Positions 1 to 18,738 of a DNA stretch of 64,000 nucleotides are shown one piece after another. The stretch spans positions 6,853,708 through 6,917,707 of the forward strand of contig OZ316891.1 in NCBI GenBank assembly GCA_973895155.1. Reading direction: 5' to 3'. Each line of letters opens with the position of its first letter. The stretch's first letter is position 1. This stretch comes from Marsupella aquatica. Taxonomy: Eukaryota > Plantae > Marchantiophyta. A program made the translations under genes and the position numbers. The notes below the pieces were generated by a model, which did not search any database, had not been told where the DNA came from, and saw nothing but the letters and a program-made list of their open reading frames with translations.

Positions 1-128
1 ATATTTTTTTCTTCTCAGTTTGACTTTTTTTGATTCCTTGACATTTTCTCTTTCCTCAACATCTTTTTTCCATCTTGACACTTATTCTCACCTCAACATC
101 TGTTGTGCAACACACTCGATTATGCTAG
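1..128 (+). mobile_element. Possible 3' end of a Helitron, similar to the element at 26226-28579
   Basis: ACATCTTTT-type motifs and the ending TTGTGCAACACACTCGATTATGCTAG resemble TTGTGCAACACACGGGTATTGAGCTAG at 28554-28579. The base after CTAG is C rather than the expected T. Confidence 0.35.
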
Positions 129-1460
129 CCTCCTATAATATATCTCCTAAACTTTCTTGCCTCACCACATATTCTGATTTGCTATTGATAATATTTTATC
201 GTGGTTTGCCTATTGGCAGTACAAATATCAAAACAGACGTAAATGTAGACTGAATAGAGTATTCTTTGCATTCATGACACATCAGATAAGATGTCTCCAC
301 ATCTTCCTTGCATCATCTCATATGCTACCATAACAAATCTTCTGTGCAATGCAATGTTTGAGGATTGAACCAAACTTTATTGAGGGGCCACATGAGAGAG
401 CTGGATTAAGATGTATCTCGAAGAAGATCTGTGACTACACAAAGCTAAGGAACACTATTTAGTGGTGGCCTCAACCCCAACACAAGAACTAGGAATGCTG
501 CACAGTATCTACATTGATTATATGTTCAGTATGGATAACTGTTCCTGAAGAGTGATGGCAGCTTCCTGCAACCTCCCTAAACTCCTATTAGCACACTCAA
601 AGTTCTATGGCTCATTTGGAGTTAGACAGCTATCCTAGGTCTAGGAGCCGAGGATAACCACTAATATGAGCTTCATATAATTTGAAATGCATATTTGTCC
701 ATTTAAGCACAAACTAAATGATGGTGCGCTTGTGATTACAACGCAAAGTGACAAATTGTGAGAACCAAACACCATCAAAAAAAGACACTTAAACCACCAC
801 AAAACCTCAGGTGGCTCCAATCAGCTGTTGTGACGCAAAGCACTCTTAATTAGACCTGACAAGTAAAACAAACTAGTTTCGATAAAGGATGTTTTCTTCT
901 TCACTGGTTGCTTCTTGAACTTATGATGAATTGAAAGCTTGGAAATTTGCTATTTAAAGCATGACAGATGCGAAACTAGACATTGACGGAAGTATTCCTG
1001 CCAGTTGGAATCATTCCTCATTTTTTCAAAACGAACTTTCTGAATATGCATTCCATTGAGTTACCATATGCAGAAATGATAAGCAATGACCAAACTCAAG
1101 ATTAAACCACGCCCGTTGTGTCCGTCAGTACATACCGCAGGGGCACTCACACCCTACCTGCGAGCTTTTAGAAACATAACAATGAAAGACAATTTCGTCA
1201 ATTGGAGACATGTATCGGATGATTCCTGTCTACACAAGTCTAATTCATGATTCTAGGGTCATTTCTATGCATCTTTCGAACTAATAACATTGTATACACA
1301 AAAATCAATCGCGACTTCTACATTAGGAATCCAATCAAGTAAGATCTCGTAGTTACAACGGACCCATTGAGAAAGCTTCCCGACCCATGTGATAACTCTG
1401 ATGACGCGAAGTTGCAGGCTCACCTGCCTTTGGGCTGGTGGCTCATACGGAAGAATGCTC
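124..1460. repeat. Direct duplication, copy A (partner at 9720-11284, the JMJ 3' UTR/downstream region)
   Basis: Colinear, high similarity from GCTAGCCTCCTA to AGAATGCTC. Copy B additionally has an internal tandem duplication (~10025-10160) and a ~68-bp insertion (~10642-10710). Confidence 0.95.
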
Positions 1461-2771
1461 GTGAAAAGCCCGGGCTCACCAAGAGGTCATCTGCAGGGCA
1501 AAGTTGAGTTTAGCAAATTCTAAAATTGCACCATCATGCTCTTGGAAACCAACTTGGACAAAGCTGCGGCACTACTGGTAGTGTTTGAAAGTTTAAGTCG
1601 CTTGATTTTACAGTTTCACAATTGCGACAAGTACATCATGCAACAGTTGGTGTGTCAAGAGGGGTCTAGACCTTTGTCCCCCTTCATAATATTTTGCTTA
1701 GTATCTACTTTCCACATCCCCAAAACTGCATGAGAATCTAGTTTACCTTAAAGCCCTGTCCACGTTATTGATGCGAAGAACTGATATTGTTCCCATGGTG
1801 AGCATTTTCATAAGCAGAGTGCAATTCACTCATGTATTCTGTCGATTCCAGAACGGTAAATTCTGTGTGCTCTACTTCACAGCCTGGTATGAAGAAAGGA
1901 GTAACCACAAGAGATAGTTGTCTCCGAGATATTTGTGTATGTTTAGCACTTTTCAATTCCAAGCAGCCTTGTTGATTTGAGAAGACCAAAGGAACCAAAG
2001 ACCCACGAGAAGGACTCCATCGTTTTCTCTTTCAAAGTTGGAAAATGCTTACGTAGATCTAATATACAGATAGGAATCTACACGGTAAATCGGTGTGAAA
2101 TCCTGATAGTATTTCTATTCTTATGCCAAGAAACCTGGAGTGCCACAGCTGCTCCTGGCTGATTTCAACTGTCAAGTATCCTGGTTCCAAAGCCGTTGTG
2201 ACTACGTCTAAGTGGATCCCTAGCTAATGTCTGCCAAACCCCTTCACTGACGGTGCCACACATGAATTGGTCTAAAGGCTCAACCCGATCAGCTTTGTTA
2301 GTCACCCGAAGATGGCTTCCTTAATCTTCTACGGATACCTAGCCTGCAAAAAGCACAAATGTGGCTTAGTTTCTCAACTCGACAATGACACTCCTTGTAC
2401 CATTGTCAAACGGATACGCAGAAAACACTAGCGTTTTCCATAATTATATTAATGGAATTGATATGTGGCAAAACTATAACCACTGCGCCCTTAGTTGGTT
2501 GCTTTCAGCTCCAGTTTCTGAAATGGACTGCAATAGCAAAGATAACCTTCGTCAAATCTCGTCTCCACGGCGACTAGATATCTCACGAGTACAGAGATTC
2601 AGACAGGAAAAACTGTAAACAGATGCAAAAGACAACGACAGGAAGCAGAAGTTCAAGGCTTCAGTATCGAATCTACTAGTTAACTGCCTTCGGACCAAAA
2701 AAGTAACAAAACAAGCAAGAAAAAATTAGCTAAAATTGTTTTACTTTCAAAAAAGTCCAATTTGACAATAC

Positions 2772-4731
2772 CTGCTGTTTGGGTCAAAGTAAAACCCATT
2801 TACAGACCCATCACTACGAGAAAGACAAACGTAGTAGAATCCTGCTATTGTCAAACCACAGTCTGCCCCAACGTTCACAAAAAACTTCTCCTTCCATCTC
2901 TGTACACACAGCACAAAACAGCCATTCAACCATTAAAAGCAGAATGCATTGCGCAAATACTGGACTCCCCTCTCAGATGTTTCAGCAAAAGATAGATTCG
3001 AAACAGATTGAACTTTTTTCACCGTCTGCATGGATGCGATTTTCAACGTGGTGACCGACCTGAGGAACTCACCATGAACACAAAAGGATAGTTTGACAAA
3101 TCTAAAGAGAATCCACCATCCTTCTGCACGTCCTCCTGTGAACATGATTTTAAACGATTCATTCAAGCAAGACAGTCCAGATCTGTCACAACTAATGAAA
3201 TGCTAGAAAAACCATCTACATTGGTTTCCTCGGCATAAATTTTGTCTATCACCTCTGCACATTCATTGAAAACGAAAGATAGAAGCAAACGTTACCTTCA
3301 ATGGTAGGAACGAAGGGAACTTGGCCCAGTGCCCAATATCTGTCTCCCGTCTGAATTGGACCAACGAGGGGTTAGTGTGAGGATTGCACGTCGTCACCGG
3401 GGTTGCACTTGCCTTCACTTGTGCTGTGCACCATCCAATATTCACTTGGAACGTTTAAATGAGCAATAAGGAACTTACGAAGCATCCCACTGGCCAGTGA
3501 AGAATGTGTAGTTTCTATTGTCAACAATTTCACCTTCCCAAAATGTCACCACCTGCAAGTTTCAGAACAGAGTCAACAACCAAAAAACATTCCCTCAATC
3601 TCAGCTTTAAGAAACCTCATCACGGTCCTGAAACTGGAGATAAGTAGGAGAGTTATCTGTTGAAACCCGTCCAAAAATGGCGTTGACATTGACCAACGAC
3701 CAGCCGATCCATTACTCTACCACAACCCTACTTTAAAAATGGCAGTCCCACCAGGTATGATCCACCCCAAGCCAAAAGGAAAACTCCCAACGCGAGAATA
3801 GAGAACTGGTCTAAGATTTCTCATGGACATCTCTCTCAAATCGATTCATTCACCTAACACAAAATATTAAAACTTGTAGGGGAAACCGCAAAATAAGAGG
3901 AGTGACAACATCAGGGGTTCCTCGAAGAATCCAATACCCACTAAAGAATGCTCTAAGGCAGAAAGACACATCAATTCAACATAGGCGAAAACGAGATAGG
4001 ACTGGGAATATACTGGAGTCTCCGCAGAAGGAACGTTCAGAGCTTCCATACTTCCACACAAATACCCATGCTGAATGTCACATCCTTGTAATCGTACGTT
4101 CACTTTCCACGCCTCATCCTTTTGTGCACTCGACACAATTTGCGTGCCATTAAACGCCTGCATAGATCCCATACTTCAGAAATTGAGAGCCATATAACCT
4201 CCACACTTCTTGTCGTGCGATTCAGGATCCGGTCACACGAAAACTCCCGACCTCAAGCGCAGCCACTTGCAAACGAAACTCACTGCCACAGATTCGACTC
4301 TCTTCTCTCCAAATGGTGGAAGTGTCTCTTCTAAACCCTAGCTGATGATCCATCAAATTACAACGAACGAGATCACATTTCTGCACGCCAATCCCGTAAA
4401 AATTGCACTTCAGGATTCTCTCGGAAATTAAAAAAAAAACCAGAGAAATGAGCATGGACACATGGCTACAATACCTGGCCCACATTCAGAAAGGTGCAAG
4501 GTGGAGGACGCGCTTGACCGGGCATGGATTCCTAGAAGGACAGGAACCAACAGATTACTCCCCCGGCATTGCATAACGCCACAGAACCCAACAATAACAA
4601 AGCCCTGTAGAACTGAAATGCGTGAGGCACACACGGAATCCACGTTAGCAATAGCAAATTCCAGCCTTGAGAGAGAAGAAGGTGAGTGACAAAACTTCCA
4701 CCTGAGGGAGCAAGGGTGGCGAAGTCTTCAT
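2772..4731 (-). CDS. GID4: GID4/VID24 Pro/N-degron substrate receptor, 3'-incomplete. Exons 4731-4702 (tentative), 4531-4475, 4157-4014, 3552-3479, 3350-3296, 3135-3073, 2899-2772
   Basis: The spliced translation contains GQAFNGTQ, AWKVNVRLQG, GYLCGSMEALNVP, VVTFWEGEIVD, HWAKFPSF, YPFVFMRWKE and GLTIAGFYYVC...GFYFDPNS, all with GT-AG borders. The canonical last exon (PFQKLEL...FSFxxYE) was not found in 1-2771. Confidence 0.92.
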
Positions 4732-5126
4732 CGTGGCTGTCTGCTCATAGGCTCATAGGAGGAAGGGTCAGACGACGAGGTGCATCAGGGACAGCAGCAG
4801 CAGCAGCAGGCGGAGCAATCCCCAACCACACGTACCACCCCCACCCAGCCCCCCACCAAGACTGTCGCCACCGCCACCACTGAATTCACAACACCTACAA
4901 CGCTACGCTGATGACTGAATCGGTCCGAAATCACCACACCATAGAGCGAGACAACGAATGAGAATCACAACCCACCCTCCTCTCGCCACCCACAGCGATG
5001 CAGTCGAAGCAAAGACCAGCAGCCTCAGCCGCAGCATCATTCTACATCACAATCATCATTGTCACCATTACGCCCCAATTGACCGGCCAACAGATGAGCT
5101 GAGCCGGAGGGGGAGGAGGCGCAGTA

Positions 5127-5195
5127 GACCAGAGCAGAGAAGAGAAGAGAAGAGAAGAGCAGAGCAGAGCAGAGCAGAGCAATGCAAAGCAAAGT
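5127..5195. repeat. (AGAGC/AGAAG)n pentanucleotide microsatellite near the GID4 5' end
   Basis: Read directly from the sequence. Confidence 0.85.
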
Positions 5196-5479
5196 AGACC
5201 GAATGTGAATGGAAACCAGAGGGGAGACACGGAAGAAACAGAGAGAGGGTGAGAGGAAGAGGGGGAGCTGAGAGGGAGTTGGCGATGGGGTAAGCTACGA
5301 CGAGACCGACCACAGGAGCATTGAAGTGGCTGCCCAGGTCCTGATCAGAGTGATGTTCGCATGGCGACATCGCAGGGAGCTTGAGCTTGCTTGAAGGTGG
5401 AAACTATGGAGTGTTGTGGTGGCACTGGGAGAGCAAGCAGCACTTGTCGTGTACTAGTGTGAACATGAATAGCTGAGAT

Positions 5480-5775
5480 TACAAACAAAATATATTCCCT
5501 CTACTCATATTTAAAATATTTAAAATATATTCTTTCAGATTTAAAATATATTCTCTTTACTCAGATTTGAAATATTTAAAATGTATTTTCTCTACTCAGA
5601 TTTAAAATATTTAAAATATATTCTCCCTACTCAGACTTAAAATATTTAAAATATATTCCTTATTTAGATTCTTTTAAGATTAAATAAATTATTAAAAAAC
5701 TATAATGCATATCCCATCAAAATATATTCTCTATTTAGATTCCTTTAAGATTACAACAAAATATATTCCCTACTA
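5480..5775. repeat. AT-rich degenerate tandem repeat, ~35-bp unit
   Basis: Recurring ATATTCTCTCTACTCAGATTTAAAATATTTAAAAT-like units. Confidence 0.8.
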
Positions 5776-6199
5776 TCATGCATGTGATTATTTTGATAAT
5801 CAGACATGACATATCATCATTGTTCCATGCACATATATTATTATGGTGGGACCCTAGAGCCCAATATTGAATGTAAATAGAAATCATTAAAAAAAACATG
5901 TATGATTATCATTTGACCCTATATCATAGTCATGAGTTTTTCATCCACATAGTGAGCCATAGACTTACAGTCTAGAGGTTTCACTCCAGAATCCTAGGCC
6001 CCAACTCTACCTTGTGGTTGTCGCTATATTAGTAAGATTATTGGAGTATGTTTCCATGTGAAATTGGGCACAACTCCCAAGGGGTTTCAAGCACTCGCAC
6101 CCGTCGCACCATTCACAATGCAAAAAATGTGTATGGAGTAGAATGGTGGAGTCGGCTTGTTGAGAGCGGATCAGCATTTGCGCTCGATGTGGAAACTGC

Positions 6200-7640
6200 A
6201 ATGTATGGTCTTAATATCTCAATTCCACTTGTGACCCTGATGTCCTGGTGTCTAGCACTGGGTCAGTCTGTGCCATTCAGTGTGTTGGCAAGGGTGGCTG
6301 GGCAACCTTCCCATTTATCCCAAACTCACCAATCCTAGCATGAGGGAGACATCTTTTGGCTTGCTAGGCTCCAGGGTTTTAATTTTCCAGCCAAAGAAGC
6401 CCTTATAGCCTTGTTTTCAGCTTGCCTGAGCCATGTCTGTATTACCCCCAAGAGCCAAATTACATGTTGGGGTACCCCTTGCCTGGTGACCTAGGCAAAG
6501 CATTCTTTCCAGACTTCCCAGGTCAAAGAAGCAACCCTTTGGGTGTAAAATGGCCACTTTGATCTCATCCATGACATGAACCCATTTTAGACTTGATCAT
6601 TCATGCTTAGATTAGTTGTGGATAAATTAGCCATGCTGCACCAATGTTAACGTTGGGGAGCATGAACCTGTCACTAAAACTAGTTAGTCTGAGTAGCTAA
6701 AGTTAACCAAGTATGGATTAGGTCCTCTACTAAATTTAATCGATCATTGGTCCCACTACTAAAATAAATTGAGCATGGTTCCATTGCAACAATTAGCTTG
6801 GTGTGGCTCTAATGCTAAATTGAATTTGAGCATGTGTCCATTGTAAAATTCGCTTAGTATGGGTCTAACACTAAAATTAGTCGAGAATGCGTTTGCTACA
6901 ATTAGCCACAAATAGGCTTGTCTCTAAACCTAGTCCACCATGGGTTTGCTGCACAGGTTCTTAACATGGGTTTGCTGCTCTTGCACATGCTTGTAGTTGC
7001 TTACTCATTGCTCTTTCTGTCCATAATTTGTCACATATTGGTTCCTATCAAGGAGATGGGATGCTAAAGCTAGTGCCAAGCCCAATGTCAAGGAGGAGAG
7101 GGGAGAAAGGAGAAGGTTGGTTGGGGAGTGGGTTTAGGGGGAGGGGCCTGTTCCATGTTTTCCCCCCTCCCATAGATGTGTTGCCCCCATTGGCCCTGTC
7201 CAAAACTCCCCAACCACCATTTCTGCTGGATCAATCCCAACTAACATGCGGATCTTCCCTTCAGCAGCTGGATCTCCCCTGGCTCCATCCTGCCTTGGTG
7301 ACCTGACCTCCTGAACCCGACTCTCCTCCTCGCCCAGGCATGCAACTCATGCCTTCTCTTTTGTATCTCCTCCTCGCTCACCAGGCATCTTCCATGTTGA
7401 CAGAACTTCCTCCCCATTCAGCTGAGTTTGGTCTCCCTCCTTACCCACACAACTTCTTCCTTCTCTTTCAGCTTCCTCCCTGCCAGTGCAACTTCTGCCT
7501 CACCTACCTACCCATTTCTTCTGCCTTCAGATTTTACTCTCCTCGGCCAAACAGCTTTTGCCTCTCCTCCCTCCCCACAAAACACGCTTTCGCTTTCAAT
7601 CATTATCCTTTGTGCATGCAATCTTTCACTTTGGCCTCAT
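6200..7640 (-). mobile_element. Highly degenerate retroelement (gag-like) remnant with an internal ~34-bp degenerate repeat (6660-6970)
   Basis: The minus strand reads ...LTWEVWKECF... near 6500-6530, and 7320-7640 is a purine-rich, E/K-coding-like tract on that strand. Many stop codons. Confidence 0.25.
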
Positions 7641-9719
7641 CATGACGTTGACAACACCATGTACAGGCGTTGGCATTAGAGCGTGTCAAAGCACAACAAT
7701 AAGTAAAGTCTTACAGCCATAATACTTTAGCCGTAAATTATTTATGATCACTTTTATGGGTAGGCCTGGGTGGGTAGTTTTTGACTGTCCTATGCAAAGT
7801 AGTTATTGGGTAGAACCTTTGTTACGATGGAGACAAACCAAGACACCACTTGCAGGTGTGGTGGACAATAATTCCGTAGTGTGACTACTTGACTACTACA
7901 TGCAACAGCAGAGTCCCCCTCCACTCTTGCAAATTGCAATTCAGTTTTGTCGTTTGAAATCTCATTCAAGATTTCCCACTCTAAAATTTTCTGGAGAGTG
8001 CTTATAATAAGGTTTTCTGTTGTTTGCTCACAAATGGCATGGTACGTAACCCACAGTAAGCTCAAGTCAGTAGCTTTTGTGCAACATCCTTATAGTAGTC
8101 TAGGCCACAAATCCCGCTCTCATGATTCTAAGAGCTACAACACGACGATACAGGATCAAATTTGAAGTCCAAACGACAGCGGAAGAGCAACAAGTCCAAA
8201 CGCTCAGTGGAGGAGCTTGCAGGGTCCTTCTGCATTCATGAATCTTTGATTCCATGCGGAGCCACTTTGTTGTGGAACTTTCTTGACTGGGGGAGCTGCA
8301 TTATTTGAACATCAAAATTGCTCTCGAATAGATACATCTAAGTAATCCAAGCAGTATGTCTCTCGCCTGCTATTATTGTCCAACAAGCCACCTCTGCAAT
8401 ATAGATTCAACAAGTCACCTAGTGTTGTACCAATGATGCTTGCCACCCTGTCATCTTTTTCCTCTCACAGGGCTTCCTTGCCCCCCCCCCTCGCCTGCTC
8501 TGCTCTGTCCATCCCGGCCCCTTGTTATCCTGTCCACTCATTGTGTCCCCTTTTGCCGCCCTCCTCAAGCAAAGGGTCACCCGGCTTTTGCCTCCTTCCA
8601 CCTTCACATCCCTCTTTGCCCTCGCCTCCTCCCTTGCCCTCCTCACAAACAGTCAGCAACACCATACAATGCCATGGCTCAACCCAATGGGCATTGCTAA
8701 CTAGTTTCAACAACACTTTTACATTAACGCATCAATAACACTCTGGATAACCTTTCTTGCCTCATAACATTTCAGTCTAAAAAGGTTCCATGTTTCAAAA
8801 CCATTTTTTGACTCTGTATTCAATCAACACTTACATATGACCTATGTGTTGCCAAAACTGAAGACACATATTCACTTAAGCTCTTAGTTTGTGGTTGACA
8901 ATATCTTACTTTGGTTTGTGTTTGACAATAGAAAGGTCATTAGTAGATGTTGATTTTAATGTAGTTGTTTTTGCATTCATGACACATAAAATATTAACTA
9001 CTATAATATGCAATCCCACCAATCGCCTCTTACAAATGCAAAAGAATGGGACACAATTCTTATCATTCAGTAAAAACTTAGTTTTTATCCACTCTTAGAT
9101 CAAGCTTAGACATGAGGGGATTCTCTATCCCTGGCTCCCCTCATGTCCTCCCTTCACTGAACCTATGTGTACATACACTACAGGAGTATTGCTGGCCTTC
9201 ATGTATGCCATGGTACCATATGCTATATTGTGATACGGTCCTCCCTCATGGTATGCCCACAGGGCACATCAGCTAGGTACCATGGAGGGTACCATCTAGA
9301 ACTAAACCACTAAACCTGAGAGTACTTGTTATTCTCCCATATATTGGAGAGGGCATTTATTACTCCCAAAAGATGATAGTATTAGGGAGGGAGGCGCAAG
9401 GAGAGAGGCTGCAGGGTGGGTAAAAAAGAGGGAAATAAGGGTAAATACAAAGGAAAAGAACAGAGGAAAGCAAAATAATAAGTTGAGGAAAAATGAAAGA
9501 AAAGAAAAAGTGGAAGGAAAAGAGGAGAATGGGGCAAGAAAGCGGAGCCTTCTTGCTTCTTTTGTAGGGCAGTTTGTCATGATGAGAAACATTTGCAAGC
9601 CTAAAACATTGAATTGTTTTTGCCATAAAAGTTTTTAACCCAATAAACGTGCCAAAGTTTTTGCTCAAATCTTGCCACATATCTTGCAACAAGTGCCCAA
9701 TTCTCCCTTACTACCCACA

Positions 9720-11284
9720 GCTAGCCTCCTAAAAAATATCTCCAAGACTTTCTTGCCTCACCACGTATTCTGATTTGTGCTTGACCTTATCTTATCTTGG
9801 TTTGTCTATAAAGATCAAAACAGAAGTAAATGTAGACTGAATAGAGTCTTCTTTGCATTCATGACACATCAGATAAGATGTGTCCACATCTTCCTCGCAT
9901 CATCTCATAAGCTACCATAACAAATTTTCTGTGCAATGCAATGTTTGAGGATTGAACTAATATTTATTCTTGGCGTAAATTTATTGAAGGGACCCAGGAC
10001 ACAGCTGGATAAGACTAGTGTATGTTGAAGACGATTTGTGACTATCTTCCTCGCATCATATTTTCTGGGCAATATAATGTTTGAGGATTGAACTAATATT
10101 TATTCTTGGCGTAAATTTATTGAGGGGGGGCCAGGAGAGAGCTGGATTAAGACTAATGTATGTTGACGAAGATCTGTGACTACATAAAGCTAAGGAACAA
10201 TATTTAGTGGTGGCCTCAACCCCGACACAAGAACTATGTATGCTGCACAGAATCTTTAGTGATTATATATTTAGTATGGATAACTGTTCCTGAATAGTGC
10301 TGGCAGCTTCTTCCAACCCCCCTAAACTCCTATTAGCACATCACACTCAAAGTTCTATGGCTGATTTGGAGTTAAACAGCTGTCCTAGGTCTAATAGCCG
10401 AGGACAACCACTAATATGAGCTTCATATAATTTGAAATGCATATCTGTCCATTTAAGGACAAACTACATGATGGTGTGCTTGTGATTACAGCCCGAAGTG
10501 ACAGATTTTGAGAGAACCAGACACCATCAAGAGAAGACACTAAAACCACCACAAAACCTCAGGTGGCTCCAATAAGCCGCTGTGACATAAAGAGCTCTTA
10601 ATTAGACTTGACAGGCAAAACAAACTAGTTTCGATGAAGGATTTTATTTTCCTTAAGCTTCCAGAGCTCGCATTGCCCCTTGCTCACTTTTCGAGTTAAG
10701 GTTAGATTATTTCTTCTTCACTGGTTGCTTCTTGAACTTATGATGAATTAAAAACTTGGACATTTGCTATCAAAAGCATGACAGATGCGAAACTGAAACT
10801 AGACATTGACGGAAGTATTCCTGCCAGTTGGAATCATTCCTCATTTTTTCAAAGAGAGAACTTTCTGAATATGCATTCCATTAAGTAACCATATGCAGAA
10901 ATGATACGCAATGACCAAACTCATGATAAAACCACGCCCGTTGTGTCCGTCAGTACATACCGCAGGGGCACTCACACCCTACCTGTGAGCTCTTAGAAAT
11001 ATAACAATTAAAGACAATTTCGTCAATTGGAGACATGTATGGGATGATTCCTATCTACACAAGTCTAATCCATGGTTCTAGGGTCCTTTCTATGCATCTT
11101 TCGAACTAATAACATTGTATACATAAAAATCAATCGCGACATCTATATTAGGAATCCAATCAAGTAAGATCTTGTAGTTACAACGGACCCATTGAGAAAG
11201 CTTCTACACCCTGTGACAACTCTGATGACATGAAGTTGCAGGCTCACCTGCCTTTGGGCTGGTGGCTGATACGGGAGAATGCTC
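9720..11284. repeat. Direct duplication, copy B; 3' UTR/downstream region of the JMJ gene
   Basis: Begins ~140 bp past the JMJ stop codon at 11423 and matches 124-1460. Confidence 0.95.
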
Positions 11285-11422
11285 CAGATATGCTAGAAAA
11301 AATCAATGACAACAGGCCAGTGTGCGAGTTGGCTGAGGCTCAGCCATTTATTGCGGCCTGATAATGAATCAAAATTGCTCTATTCGAGACAAAACAAGGA
11401 GCTGATTTACCTTGAGTGGCAA

Positions 11423-18738
<7,316 letters not shown>

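Noticed and set aside
1765-1998. ORF containing LELKS as the missing GID4 last exon
   Set aside because: No PFQK before it, no FSF/YE tail, and no splice acceptor in the phase needed after ...AAC AGC AG.
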